Origin: Candidatus Latescibacterota bacterium
GTDB taxonomy: Bacteria > Latescibacterota > UBA2968
Length of the DNA: 64,000 nucleotides
Reading direction: 5' to 3'
Assembly: GCA_965198115.1 (NCBI GenBank)
Contig: OZ240241.1
Coordinates: 2,528,001-2,592,000 of the forward strand
The notes under the pieces are model-generated. The model made no database searches. It saw only the letters and a list, made by a program, of their open reading frames with translations, and was not told the origin of the DNA. Shown one piece after another: positions 37,798 through 48,298 of this stretch. How positions within the stretch are numbered: position 1 is the stretch's first letter; every line of letters begins with the position of its first letter. Position numbers and translations under genes: made by a program.

Positions 37798-38853
37798 TCA
37801 GTCTACGATCGGAAGCGACATCGTCTGACCGCGCTCGGCCGAACGGAACACCGCCTCCGTGAACTCCATATACTTCACACCCTGGAAGAACGTCGACTCT
37901 GCGTTGTCGCCCGTCTTGATCGCGTTGATAAAGTCGGCCTCCACCGTCCACTCACGCGTGTGCCTCTTCGGGACCGCCAGGGGTTTGAGTGCTTTCGCAT
38001 TTCCCTTCGCTCCCAGAATCCGCTGTCTCGCCAAGTTGGGTGCCGTCTCATACACGAGGGTGCCCGCCGTACCGTAGATTTCGATCCGCTCGCTCGGCGC
38101 GTGGTGGGCGTTGCCCGAAAACATATACACGGCCGTTGCCCCGATCTCCATCGTTGCCAGAATGTTCACCGTATCGGGTCGGTCGACCTCGCCCACCTTC
38201 CCCCGCCCAACGGGCCGCAGCTTTACAAACGTCTCGGCCTGCGCGGTCACCGATTTCGTGTAGCCGCACCAGCGGTGTACGAACTCGACCAGCATTCCGA
38301 CGCTCATCGTGTTCAGCCCCGAGTATCGCCCGATCTGCCGCCAGTGGAGCGGCGTCTTCGGATTATTCTGCGCCGGAGTCATCGATCGCACGACGATGTT
38401 GCGAACATCACCCACGTAGCCGTTGGCGATCAGGTGACGCATATAGTAGTCACCCTTCATCCCGTGCGGCGGCTGGCAGATCTGAGTGGCCAGCCCCGTC
38501 TCTTCGGCCCGCGCGTGCATCAGCTTCGCTTCTCGCAGGTTCATCGCCATTCGCGCCTGCACCCACGTGTGCTTGCCCGCATCGAGTGACTCGAGCACGA
38601 ACTCGCAATGCTTGTAGGGCCAAGTCCCGATCATCACCGCATCGACATCCTTCCGCGCGATCAGCGCGTGGGGATCAGTCACCAGATCAGGATCGAGCTT
38701 GAACTCCTGAGAAATCCTGCGCCCACTCGCAATCGATCGATTGCACAACGCCACGACTTCGGCATCCTTGATCTTCGCCAGACCGGGGAAGTGTCGGGTA
38801 CGGAAGATGCCGCCAGCGCCTATGATGCCAATGCGTATTGGTCTTTTCGCCAT
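37798..38853 (-). CDS. Gfo/Idh/MocA family oxidoreductase
   Basis: IGIIGAGG, DVDAVMIGT, AGKH and IYGTAG. Confidence 0.88.
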   Translation of the reverse strand: MAKRPIRIGIIGAGGIFRTRHFPGLAKIKDAEVVALCNRSIASGRRISQEFKLDPDLVTDPHALIARKDVDAVMIGTWPYKHCEFVLESLDAGKHTWVQARMAMNLREAKLMHARAEETGLATQICQPPHGMKGDYYMRHLIANGYVGDVRNIVVRSMTPAQNNPKTPLHWRQIGRYSGLNTMSVGMLVEFVHRWCGYTKSVTAQAETFVKLRPVGRGKVGEVDRPDTVNILATMEIGATAVYMFSGNAHHAPSERIEIYGTAGTLVYETAPNLARQRILGAKGNAKALKPLAVPKRHTREWTVEADFINAIKTGDNAESTFFQGVKYMEFTEAVFRSAERGQTMSLPIVD

Positions 38854-38914
38854 CGATTTACCCTCGTAGAAGGAGTTCAGTGTTCAATTGTTGTGAGTAC
38901 CCAAGATGGAATGA

Positions 38915-39023
38915 TGTCATCCCGGGCGAGCACCTGCGACAGCTTCCATTGCGCGAGACCCGGGACCCATCTTTCGTGGCAAAAGCAGAATGGATCCCGG
39001 CCAAGTAGCGTACCGGGATGACA
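38915..39023. repeat. 109-bp palindromic element (RPE/MITE-like) with 11-bp terminal inverted repeats
   Basis: tgtcatcccgg...ccgggatgaca ends, with an internal ccgggacccat/atggatcccgg inverted pair. Confidence 0.7.
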
Positions 39024-39032
39024 ATCGATCTA

Positions 39033-40049
39033 TCATTGCTTCAGCGTAAGGTCTTCGTAACCCGTCAAATGGTAATCGTAGTCGAGGTAGTCCAGCAGTC
39101 GACACAAAGCCCGGAACGCAACGCCAAACCCGTCGATCCCGCTGAACCCACCGAATTGCCCGCCGCCTTTGACGTGCGGTTCAAGATCGATGAACACGCC
39201 CGGAACGCCCAGTCTTTTGAACTTTGCATCCAGATCCGGAACGAGCGTGCGGTAATCGCGCAGGACCATTTCGTGGCCAGCGTCGCCCCGGTCGACCGGG
39301 ATGAAGCGTGTCAGTCCCCGCGTCTTGGCGGCCTCAATCATTGGCTCGTTCATCGGTTGATTGAATCCCTTGATGTGGATCCATCCGAGGCCTGGCTTCA
39401 TCTTCAGGTAATGCTCGTAGACACTGTCCGGCGAGTGCCCCTGACCCTCCATATTCCCCACGTCTTCAATGATGCACGTGTAGTCGCTTCCGATCTTCTC
39501 GTAGAGCGCGATCAGCGTATCGCCGTCTCCCCCGATCAGGGATGCTTCCACCTCGAGACCGTAGACAATGCCTTCGGCCGCGCATTTCTCGACGATGGTC
39601 TTGAGCTGCTCTGCTGCCTGGTCCAGATGAGGCCGCGGGTCCGTTCCGTCTGGGTGATAGTAAGAGAACCCTCGAATCAGTTTCGTGTCGAACGCCTTGG
39701 CCAGATCGATCGCGCGTTGGACGTCCTTATCCAGATATTCGTCGAAAGGCACGTAACGGTTTTGCGTACCATCCTCCTGATCGAGCAGCTTAACTTTCCC
39801 GATGGGTGAGCCGATACAGGAAACGTTCATCTCGTATTCGGCGTGCATCTCCTTCAGCTTCTCGATCTCTTCGTCCGAAAGCTCCATCACGTTCTTCAGC
39901 CCCTGGCCGACATCCACAAACCGAATGGTGTAGTAAGACAGACCAAGGGCCCGCATCATCGTCAGCTGTTCTTCCGCCCGCTTGCTCACGGGGCCTTCGT
40001 CCGCGAATCCGGACAGGATGATTTCTGCTTTGCTCATCGGGACACTCAC
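39033..40049 (-). CDS. Sugar phosphate isomerase/epimerase TIM-barrel protein
   Basis: LSGFADE, CIGSPIGK, IRGFSYY, IHIK, LEPH and GGQFGGFSG. Confidence 0.85.
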   Translation of the reverse strand: MSVPMSKAEIILSGFADEGPVSKRAEEQLTMMRALGLSYYTIRFVDVGQGLKNVMELSDEEIEKLKEMHAEYEMNVSCIGSPIGKVKLLDQEDGTQNRYVPFDEYLDKDVQRAIDLAKAFDTKLIRGFSYYHPDGTDPRPHLDQAAEQLKTIVEKCAAEGIVYGLEVEASLIGGDGDTLIALYEKIGSDYTCIIEDVGNMEGQGHSPDSVYEHYLKMKPGLGWIHIKGFNQPMNEPMIEAAKTRGLTRFIPVDRGDAGHEMVLRDYRTLVPDLDAKFKRLGVPGVFIDLEPHVKGGGQFGGFSGIDGFGVAFRALCRLLDYLDYDYHLTGYEDLTLKQ

Positions 40050-40082
40050 TCTCCTTTGGTGGCGCTTATCAGGATTTCCCGG

Positions 40083-41309
40083 CTACCGGACGCGGATCAA
40101 CTGCGCTCCGCCAGTAATCCGATCGATCTCCTCGAGCCCGTTCTTCGCTCCGGTGTGGTCGGAATCCAGAGCGATCGTTCGTTCGAACGCCTCCCGCGCC
40201 TCGTCCCACCGTCGCGCCTTGGCGTGGAGGACACCGATGTTGAAGTGCACGGTCGACGATTGCGGATCGATCGTCAGCGCCTGCTCGTAGACACCCATCG
40301 CCGCCGCCTCTTCATACCCGTCTCCATAGCGCTCTCCGGCCGCATTGTGTTCGTGGACGAAGGCGAGGACCAGAAGCGAGCGCACGCTGTTCGGTCGCAG
40401 TCGCACCGCCTCCTGGGCGTGACGGAGGCCTCCCACGACATCACCCGACGCGATCCGGTTCTGTGCCAATGCCACACGCGCATCGTGCACGAGAGCGCCA
40501 CGGCTCAGCAGACGATTCAACAAAGAGTCGGAATGCGTAAAACGCTGTGCTGCCGTGCAGGACACGGCCAGCGCCATCGTCATCGAAGCGTTGTCCGGGT
40601 CGATTTCGAGACCCCGCTCGAAGAGCTCGATCGCCTCCTGGTGATCGCCCTGCTCGCGACGCAACAGACCGAGGTTCCTGAGCGTCGGGACACTGACCGG
40701 ATCCAGACGGAGGGCTTCCCCGTAGGCCGCGGCCGCTCCCTCCGCATCCCCCCGCACCTGTCTGTCCGTACCCAGGTTGTAGTAGGCTTTGGGCAGCCCA
40801 TCGTGGATGCGTGGGATCGAGGGATGACCCGGGGAATCGAACAGCAACGCCTCCCACACATCGACCACTTCCTTCCACCTTTCCATCTTCCACAGAGCCT
40901 GTCCCAACCTGTAGCGGATAGCCGGATTCCCCGGCCGGAATCGAAGGGCGTTGGTCAGCGCGATCGCGGCGTCTTCGAATTCTTGCAGCGACATCCGAGC
41001 AAGACCCATATGAAACCAGGCATCGGCGTACTCGGGTTTGAGACGAACGGCCGACGTGAACGCGTGGATCGCATCCTCATAGTCTTCCTGTCGCAGAAGG
41101 GCAAGACCGAGGTTGTAGTGTGCGACCGTGAAGGTCGGATCCAACCCCACCGCCTTCCGAAACGCGGCAGCCGCAAGCCTGAAGTCCCCGTTCGCAGCGA
41201 ACTTCGCGCCTCGATTGCTCACCCTCTCGGCCTCCGACAGTCCTTCCTCGTCGGGAGACTGCGCGCAAAGTGTCGCAGACAACAGGCAAAAGACAAAGAA
41301 GTGCATCAC
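40083..41309 (-). CDS. Secreted tetratricopeptide repeat protein
   Basis: Signal peptide and many AHYNLG/A...F..A..L.P TPR units. Confidence 0.9.
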   Translation of the reverse strand: MMHFFVFCLLSATLCAQSPDEEGLSEAERVSNRGAKFAANGDFRLAAAAFRKAVGLDPTFTVAHYNLGLALLRQEDYEDAIHAFTSAVRLKPEYADAWFHMGLARMSLQEFEDAAIALTNALRFRPGNPAIRYRLGQALWKMERWKEVVDVWEALLFDSPGHPSIPRIHDGLPKAYYNLGTDRQVRGDAEGAAAAYGEALRLDPVSVPTLRNLGLLRREQGDHQEAIELFERGLEIDPDNASMTMALAVSCTAAQRFTHSDSLLNRLLSRGALVHDARVALAQNRIASGDVVGGLRHAQEAVRLRPNSVRSLLVLAFVHEHNAAGERYGDGYEEAAAMGVYEQALTIDPQSSTVHFNIGVLHAKARRWDEAREAFERTIALDSDHTGAKNGLEEIDRITGGAQLIRVR

Positions 41310-41999
41310 CTACGTCACGAGATCCGCGGGCAGGTGCTCGACTCTGTTCAAGAACGTCAGACGGAACTGATCCTGGCTGAAATGGATATGTCCTATCGAC
41401 GTGTTGCGCGTGGCGAACCCGCCGTCGGACATCGGGCCATCGTGGAGGAGTTCCGAAAGCAGGTCTGTCGTGAATCCTCCGTGATTGACGATCGCAATCC
41501 GTTCGTCGCTCCCGGCCATTTCCCCTTTCAGACGATCGGCGACCCGTTTCGCTCGCGCCACCCACTGCTCCTCGGTCTCTTTGGGACGTAGCCACCAACC
41601 TTCATCTGTCATCTCATCCGACAAAACAACGTCAGGGAATCGAGCCGTGATTTCGTCCCGGGTCATCCCGGGAAGATCTTCCTCCCCCTCCAGCCAGATT
41701 CCGCCTTCTTCGTGGACATCCGCCCAGATCTCCGGGCGCAGACCGAGGGCCTTCCCGATCGGTTCGGAGGTCTGAAGGCAACGCAGCATCGGAGAGCAAA
41801 ACAGACGGTCGATGCCGTATCCGTTAGCCGCCTCCGACACACCGAAGATCATCTTGGCGGGTGCATCGCGCAGATGAGCGGCAACCAGATCGGCCTGCCG
41901 TTCCCCTGTTCCCGTGAGCGGCGGATCCGCCACCCGGCCGTCACCTTCCGGCAAGGTGTTGTTGAACGACTGACCGTGTCGAACCAGGAAGAGCTCCAT
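41310..41999 (-). CDS. Histidine phosphatase (phosphoglycerate mutase) family protein
   Basis: LVRHGQS, SPMLRC and NHGG. Confidence 0.9.
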   Translation of the reverse strand: MELFLVRHGQSFNNTLPEGDGRVADPPLTGTGERQADLVAAHLRDAPAKMIFGVSEAANGYGIDRLFCSPMLRCLQTSEPIGKALGLRPEIWADVHEEGGIWLEGEEDLPGMTRDEITARFPDVVLSDEMTDEGWWLRPKETEEQWVARAKRVADRLKGEMAGSDERIAIVNHGGFTTDLLSELLHDGPMSDGGFATRNTSIGHIHFSQDQFRLTFLNRVEHLPADLVT

Positions 42000-42025
42000 A
42001 GATTGTGCGCCTTTGACTCGAGATT

Positions 42026-42412
42026 CTAAGGGAGGACATCGAACGTGACCGCATCCCGCAGGTCCGAAACGGTGTCAACCGGAGCGAACGTGATGGTCAG
42101 CGAGACGTCACGGCTGGCTCCGGGAGAGAAACCAGCCGCCATCTGCCGTGTCGCGGAGGCGAAGACGGACCCATCCCTGAGCAGGGACCATCGCATCAGG
42201 AAAGGCACGTCGACCGTGATGAAGCCCGTATTGATGACCGTCGCCGATACGACCACGCCCGAAATACGACCGCCCGTCGCCGAGACCGTCGCCTTTTCTA
42301 CGTTCGTCACCGACAGGACGCTCGACAGCGAATCGTTGTCGAACGCAATCGGGTCGCTGCTGCAACCCGCCGACAGCATAAGAACGATTAGGTAGTTTCG
42401 CGCACCGCTCAC
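42026..42412 (-). CDS. Hypothetical lipoprotein
   Basis: Hydrophobic N-terminus with lipobox LSAGC and a beta-rich mature part. Confidence 0.6.
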   Translation of the reverse strand: MSGARNYLIVLMLSAGCSSDPIAFDNDSLSSVLSVTNVEKATVSATGGRISGVVVSATVINTGFITVDVPFLMRWSLLRDGSVFASATRQMAAGFSPGASRDVSLTITFAPVDTVSDLRDAVTFDVLP

Positions 42413-42445
42413 AGGATGCCGGGGAATGCGGCTCGGTGGCGTCGA

Positions 42446-43258
42446 TCAGGCAGGCTGTTCGACCGCGTCCTCGAGAACCACTTCGAGCTGGTCTTTGGGC
42501 TTGAAATAGTCGGTCGCCGTGTAGCCGAGTCCCATATCGCCCATTAACCTCCGCTGTCGGGGGGTCATCCGGTCCAGCAATTCCGGGGGCGCCTTCTCGT
42601 AATCGTATGGGCGACACCACATCTGTCCGTAGCGAAAGGTCACGCTGCGTCGCACGTTATCCCCAAAGTGCGGCGCAACCCCGTGCCACATATTGTGTGG
42701 AAAAATCGCAGCATCCCCCGCTTCCACGCACAACTGGATGGCACCCTGAGGATCTTCGCCCTTGGGAATGCCGCCATCGGGCACAGGTCTTCGATGAGTT
42801 CGTGGAACCAGGCAGAAATTGGCGCGGTTTTCTTCGGGTATGTCCGTCAGGAAATATTGAATCTTGAAGTTCAGCGGGGGACTGTCCGGATCGACGCGAA
42901 TCTGAGCGAGCGAGGGACCCGCGTCCGTGTGCCAGCCTGAGAGACGGCTGTCGCTCGGATAACGTACGTAGATCTGCGTCCCCATCACCTGGAGGTAGGG
43001 TCCCATCAAATCGAGGATCACACCGAACGTCCCAGGATGGTCGATCAGCGAGTCGAAAACGAGTGACTGTTCGACCGTCTGGATGATCGTGAATGCCTTC
43101 TTGTCACGAACATCCGGGTTCTCTTCGCGATATCGTTCGATGACTTCGTCGGCCTCTGCCAGATAATCAGAAGCCTGATCTCGGGTGAGAGCCCCTTTCA
43201 GCAGAATGTAGCCTTCTTCGCGCCAGTGCTGCCTCATTTCATCCGTCATACGCCGCAT
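42446..43258 (-). CDS. Phytanoyl-CoA dioxygenase (PhyH) family Fe/2OG oxygenase
   Basis: EEGY, WHTD (HxD), VPRTH, AGDA and WHG..R. Confidence 0.9.
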   Translation of the reverse strand: MRRMTDEMRQHWREEGYILLKGALTRDQASDYLAEADEVIERYREENPDVRDKKAFTIIQTVEQSLVFDSLIDHPGTFGVILDLMGPYLQVMGTQIYVRYPSDSRLSGWHTDAGPSLAQIRVDPDSPPLNFKIQYFLTDIPEENRANFCLVPRTHRRPVPDGGIPKGEDPQGAIQLCVEAGDAAIFPHNMWHGVAPHFGDNVRRSVTFRYGQMWCRPYDYEKAPPELLDRMTPRQRRLMGDMGLGYTATDYFKPKDQLEVVLEDAVEQPA

Positions 43259-43288
43259 CATCGGTCTCCTGTCAGAACGTGAGGCAGC

Positions 43289-43356
43289 AAGGTAAAAGCA
43301 TCGCCCGGACGTGTCAATCCACCCGGTTTGACCCGTCGGCCGCTGAGTCTGATATT
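43289..43356. promoter_or_regulatory. Back-to-back sigma70 promoters for phyH (-) and map (+)
   Basis: Minus strand TTGACA-N17-TACCTT (43317-43289). Plus strand TTGACC-N17-GATATT (43328-43356). Confidence 0.55.
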
Positions 43357-43405
43357 CCGAAGGTCATCGATCGCCCAGCGTGTCACCATCAGCCGAGGTG
43401 CTGCC

Positions 43406-44151
43406 GTGTCCATCGAATCCGAGCAAGATCTGATCGAACTCCGCAAGATCGGCCGTATCGTCGCCCGTACCCTTCGCGCGATGCGAGAAGCCGTCGCTCC
43501 GGGCGTCACGACGTCGCGGCTCGACGCCGTCGGCGGTTCCTACCTTCGTCGCGAGGGCGCCCGATCGTCACCAAACGGCACTACGGCTTCCCGACGGACA
43601 CAATCGTCTGCGTCAACGACGAGATCGTCCACGGCATTCCCAAAGATCGCCTCCTTCAACAGGGCGACCTGGTCACGTTCGATGTCGTCGCCGAACGGGG
43701 CGGCTACATCGAGGATGCCGCCCTCACCGTCGGGGTAGGCGAGCCGTCGCCGACGCATCGACGCCTCGTAGCCTGCACGCAACGAGCTCTGGGGGACGCC
43801 CTGGGTGTGGCACGGGCAGGTCGTCGTATTCGCCACATCGGGCGCGCGGTGGAGCGCACGGTCGAGCAAGCGGGTTTTTCCGTCGTCAAACAGCTCACAG
43901 GCCACGGTGTCGGCCGAGAGATCCACGAGTGGCCTTCCGTACCGAACTACGATGCCCCGTGGGCAAAGCAGCGGCTGGAAACGGGTCAGGTGATCACGAT
44001 CGAGCCGATCGTGTCTGCCGGATCTGGAGAGATGGTCGAGGGTGAGGATGGCTGGACTGTCAGCACGTCGGATGGAGCCTATGCTTCGCATCACGAACAC
44101 AGCGTCGTGATCACGAAAGGGCCCCCGATTGTCCTGACCGCTGCGGCCTGA
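43406..44151 (+). CDS. map: Type I methionine aminopeptidase; frameshift near 43570
   Basis: PGVTT, YGFP..CVNDEIVHGIP, GDLV.FD, GHGVGREIHE, TIEP and HHEH. Confidence 0.93.
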
Positions 44152-44166
44152 TACGCGGATAAAACG

Positions 44167-44688
44167 ATGATTCTCGTCGATCTGTCCCGAACGATCGCCG
44201 GAGGAATGGACGTTTACCCGGGCGATCCTCAAATCACGGTTGAACGGGTTCAGACCATCGAGAACCACGGCTGGGAGGTTCGCGCACTCCGTCTGGGCAC
44301 ACACACCGGAACACACGTCGACGCCTTCTCTCACGTCACCGAGGGAAAGCCCTCTATCGATAGTGTACCCCTGGACCGGTTCTTTGGCGCGGCCCATCGC
44401 GTCACATCGACCGATGCGTTGCCGAAAAGAACGGGCCTCCTGTTCGATCCGCCTCCGACAGCCGGCGACGTCGACGCGATTCTGGAAGCCGATCCGATCT
44501 TCGTCGGAAGTCCTCGTCTCGACATCGAAATCGAACGCCCGTTGCTCGATGCGGGAATCGTTACCTTCGACGGTCTCGTCAACCTCGACCAACTGCCCTG
44601 CGACAGACCCGTCCAGTTTTTCGGATTCCCTCTCAAAATCGCCGACGGCGACGGTTCACCTGTCCGCGCCGTGGCGCTCATAGACTGA
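44167..44688 (+). CDS. Cyclase family protein (kynurenine formamidase-like)
   Basis: YPGDP, HTGTHVDA and PLKI..GDGSPVRA. Confidence 0.9.
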   Translation: MILVDLSRTIAGGMDVYPGDPQITVERVQTIENHGWEVRALRLGTHTGTHVDAFSHVTEGKPSIDSVPLDRFFGAAHRVTSTDALPKRTGLLFDPPPTAGDVDAILEADPIFVGSPRLDIEIERPLLDAGIVTFDGLVNLDQLPCDRPVQFFGFPLKIADGDGSPVRAVALID

Positions 44689-44691
44689 CGT

Positions 44692-45888
44692 CTATTCCGT
44701 CCGTTCGCTGATCTCTCCTGTATCCGTGTTCTTCAGCACGACCTTTGTCCGTCCGTCCGGCAGCTTTTCTGTTTTCATCACGACCAGGCCGTCGATCTTC
44801 TCCCGTTGCGCCTGTCGATCCGCCGCTGGATCTCCACGCCACCCATCGATCTCCACCGCTTCCCACACCCTCGATTTCGCGCTGCGATAGCAGGCATCAA
44901 TGACCGCATTCACGATGTAGCCATCGTAGAAGGTCTCCATCGGATCCCGCCCTGCGTCCATCGCGTCGAACATCTCGGCGAACATCGGTGTGTAGCCGAG
45001 CTCGCTGACCTCGTCCCCCACCGGAAACAGCCACCCCGTTTCGGTCTCGACTTTTTCGGAAACGTAGCCGCCGCTTCCGACATTCGTGAACATTTCGAAT
45101 CCCGTCCGGAGAAAATGATTCAGCCAGATCGTCCCTTCCGTCCCGGACACTTCGTCACGCAGGTCCATCCCCCCGCGAAAGGCCCAGCTCACCTCGAACT
45201 GCCCGACCGAACCGTTTTCGAATCGGATCAGCGCGATCCCGTGGTCTTCGGCCTCGATCGGGTGGACGAGCGTGTCGGCCCAGCACATCACCTCGACCGG
45301 TCGCTGACCTTTCCCGATGAAGTTTCGAATGATTTCGACACAGTGGCACCCCATATCGATGATCGCCCCGCCACCGGCACGTTCCAGGTCCCAGAACCAA
45401 TCGCTGTGCGGGCCTGGGTGTGTCTCACGGGACCTCACCCAGAGCACGCGACCCAGAGCTCCGTTCCGCACAGACTCCAGCGAGCGAAGCGTCTTGGGTG
45501 GGTATACCAAGTCCTCGAGATAACCCGCGAAAACACCCGCGCTCTCCACACATTCCAACATTCGCTTCGCCTCTTCCCCGTTTCTACCCAGGGGCTTCGT
45601 GCAGAGCACCGCCTTTCCCGCTCCTGCCGCGGACGCAACCACCTCCTCGTGGAGATCGTTCGGCAATCCCACGACCACGACGTCGACCTCTTCGTTTTCT
45701 ACGACCGATTTCACATCCGTTGCCCAAACCGGAATCGTATTCTCCTCAGCGAAGGCGCGGGCACGTTCCTCGGTCCGCGAATACACGGCGTGAACCCGAT
45801 CGACTCCTCTGCCCTGGTGGAGTGTCATCGTATAGAACGTGCCGATCAGTCCCGTACCGAGCATTGCGATTCGATGGCCCTCTGGCAT
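44692..45888 (-). CDS. Gfo/Idh/MocA family oxidoreductase
   Basis: [23 protein letters not shown] and GTEG. Confidence 0.92.
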   Translation of the reverse strand: MPEGHRIAMLGTGLIGTFYTMTLHQGRGVDRVHAVYSRTEERARAFAEENTIPVWATDVKSVVENEEVDVVVVGLPNDLHEEVVASAAGAGKAVLCTKPLGRNGEEAKRMLECVESAGVFAGYLEDLVYPPKTLRSLESVRNGALGRVLWVRSRETHPGPHSDWFWDLERAGGGAIIDMGCHCVEIIRNFIGKGQRPVEVMCWADTLVHPIEAEDHGIALIRFENGSVGQFEVSWAFRGGMDLRDEVSGTEGTIWLNHFLRTGFEMFTNVGSGGYVSEKVETETGWLFPVGDEVSELGYTPMFAEMFDAMDAGRDPMETFYDGYIVNAVIDACYRSAKSRVWEAVEIDGWRGDPAADRQAQREKIDGLVVMKTEKLPDGRTKVVLKNTDTGEISERTE

Positions 45889-46079
45889 AAACACCCTCCT
45901 CGTCAGATCCTGCGCAGGCACACTCGCCAACACGCGTCTATACGTTGGCGCGGGGAACTTAGTCCGGCCTGAACGGGTCGGCAACGGCTTTTGCCCCGGA
46001 TACGAAAGAGGCGTCGATCCTCACAGGGAGACCGACGCCTACGCACCTCGCACTTTCTTCGAGCGGTGGCTCCTCGCCG

Positions 46080-46796
46080 TCAAAACTTCATAGATAGACC
46101 CAACCCTCTCGCCGTCGGCACGACCTGGATCGGCCCCGATACGTGATTCACCGAACGTCCGATCGCAAAACCGATGGCCGCCCCAGCGACGACATCCGAC
46201 AGGTGGTGGACATTCTCTTCCATCCTCCCCATCCCCGTCAGCACCGCCAGCGAATACATCGGCCCACCGGCCTTCCAGCCATAACGCTGTCTGAACAGCT
46301 CCGCCAGAGCAAAACTGTTGGCCGTATGACCCGACGGGAACGAGAGTCGGTTGGTTCCATCGGGACGTTCACGCCCGACCACGAGCTTCGTGGGACCGAC
46401 GACCGCCTGCACATAGACCAGAGTTCTCAGCGAAGTACTCGCGATGTAGCAGACTTCTTTGTATCCGCTTGCGCGCCCGTAGACCCAGAGCAGGCCAGCC
46501 GCGGGCAGATTGTACTTCGAACCGCCATACAGATTCGTGACATCGGCAGCGTTCAGGAAAGCGTTATCCTCCAGCCGGCTGTTCGCCTGGTCGTCCCAAC
46601 CACTGACGGCGCCCGACAGACCCAGACCTGCAGCCAGCACGAGGAGGTTTTCCTGCCGGAAGAAGGATCCGACATCTTGCCGAACCTGACCGGCCGACGC
46701 CATCTGAGGTATCGCAAGCAGACACGCAAGCACACTGACCATCAGATTTCGGCGCTTCGAGCATCTCGGCATAGACGGTTTCTCTATCAGTTCCAC
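46080..46796 (-). CDS. PAP2 family phosphatase (start may be at about 46742)
   Basis: K..VGRERP, SFPSGH and R...HHLSDVVAG. Confidence 0.88.
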   Translation of the reverse strand: MELIEKPSMPRCSKRRNLMVSVLACLLAIPQMASAGQVRQDVGSFFRQENLLVLAAGLGLSGAVSGWDDQANSRLEDNAFLNAADVTNLYGGSKYNLPAAGLLWVYGRASGYKEVCYIASTSLRTLVYVQAVVGPTKLVVGRERPDGTNRLSFPSGHTANSFALAELFRQRYGWKAGGPMYSLAVLTGMGRMEENVHHLSDVVAGAAIGFAIGRSVNHVSGPIQVVPTARGLGLSMKF

Positions 46797-47350
46797 AGGC
46801 TGAATCGCCTGGCCACCTCACGCAGCTCCCCCTGCATCAGCGAGCTGCAGAAGTAAACCTTCCGCATATAATCGATGGCGCCGGACAGATGCTCGAATTC
46901 GCGGGCAAGTACTTCATACTGTCCTACATCTTCGCCGAACAACCGCCTCTCAATGTCGGCTGTTGCGCGGAAGGCACGGGATCCGGTGTCCAGGTAGAGT
47001 CCGAGGAAGCCGTGTCGCTCCAGGTAGGCTCGGAAGATGCCCGACATAAACAGGGTGTAATCCCCAGTGTGCCGCTGGAGATCGCGTTCCTGCTCCACGC
47101 CGTTTCCCGATCGCGCAAGCCTGTCCCCTTCGATCAGCAACTCGACCACGGTCTCGATGCGCCGGCCCTGGGGATCGCGGATGCGAAACAGGGCGTCGGT
47201 TCTCGCGAAGCGGCACAGAAGATCTCTCACGTATTCTCGCATTCGTGGCGCACCCACGTTCAGATCATCGAAGCTGCGATGCACGAGGTCGCGGAACAGA
47301 CGTTCGAGCGACGCCGATGCCGTACCGCGGTTGCTGGGAGCTACCTGCAA
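46787..47350 (-). CDS. Conserved hypothetical protein
   Basis: Protein-like composition with the motif RHTGDYTLFMSGIF..YLDTGSRAF. No function recognised. Confidence 0.7.
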   Translation of the reverse strand: MQVAPSNRGTASASLERLFRDLVHRSFDDLNVGAPRMREYVRDLLCRFARTDALFRIRDPQGRRIETVVELLIEGDRLARSGNGVEQERDLQRHTGDYTLFMSGIFRAYLERHGFLGLYLDTGSRAFRATADIERRLFGEDVGQYEVLAREFEHLSGAIDYMRKVYFCSSLMQGELREVARRFSLWN

Positions 47351-47496
47351 AGCTTGGCCTCTAAGAATCCATCTTGACGCGCTCCGGATGTTGAGCTCAA
47401 TTTGAGTCTACCGAGTGCGAGCCATCGAACTATGAATACGGCCTCGCCCTCTCCCCGTCAAGAAAACCAACGTCGATGTTGGAGGCTCGGAGTCAG

Positions 47497-48239
47497 ATGA
47501 CGGATGAGCAGAAGTATCTGTTCGACCTCAATGGGTATCTCGTGCTCGAGCAAGTCGTACCTCCCGACGTCATTACGGCCTGCAATGAGGTACTCGATCG
47601 CTACGAGAAGATGGACGAAGCCGAGTTTCCGCTACCGCTGAAATTGGGGGACAAGCAGACCGACCAGAATCTATACATCTCGAACATACTCGAAGGCGAC
47701 CCCGCCTTCAGGCCACTCATCGATCTTCCCGGCGTTGTCGACGTCGTTCAGACCGTCAGCGGTTCGACGTATCGTCTCAACCACACCTACACCATCTGTC
47801 GTTGGGGTGGTGGCTACACCGGCCTCCATATGCACGGAACGCCGATCATCGACAAGTGCCAGTACCGGTGCGAAAACGGTCAGATTGTATCCACACTGAC
47901 CAAAGCCGTTTTCCCGACGCTCGACTGCGGTCCCGAAGATGGGTGTTTCGCCGTCATCCCCGGCTCCCATAAATCCACTTCCCAAGGCCCTGGGGACAGC
48001 ATCCCGAAGAGAATCCCGCTGTCTCACCTGTACCGTCCAGGGCTGGCGACTGCATCATATTCTCCGAGGCTCTGACCCACGGATCACTCGTCAACAAGTC
48101 AGGTCGTCCTCGCAGGACGCTCTACTACTGCTACAGCATCGGCTGGATGCGCGACTGGGGCGGCCAGCACCTGCGCTTCAGCGAGCGCATCGACGAAGGG
48201 TTGACGGAAGCCCAACAAGAAATCATCCGACTCAAGTGA
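47497..48239 (+). CDS. PhyH-family Fe/2OG oxygenase with a non-canonical LHMHG motif; frameshift near 47975
   Basis: YLFDLNGYL and IPGSHK. The shifted frame gives AGDCIIFSEALTHG..RR and ends with TGA at 48239. Confidence 0.85.
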
Positions 48240-48298
48240 TCTCCCATCCGCTGGCCGCATTACCGTCCCCCTGACTGCTCCCATTTCTCGGGCATACG

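Noticed and set aside
39843-41591. Long opposite-strand ORFs (39843..41591 +, 5439..6683 -, 27542..28834 +, 44806..45972 + and others)
   Set aside because: They are antisense shadows of well-supported genes in GC-rich DNA, with Arg/Pro-rich composition and no motifs.
47391-47420. HspR/HAIR- or CIRCE-like heat-shock operator (ttgagctcaa, ttgagt...)
   Set aside because: The second half-site and spacing do not match either consensus, and the neighbours are not heat-shock genes.
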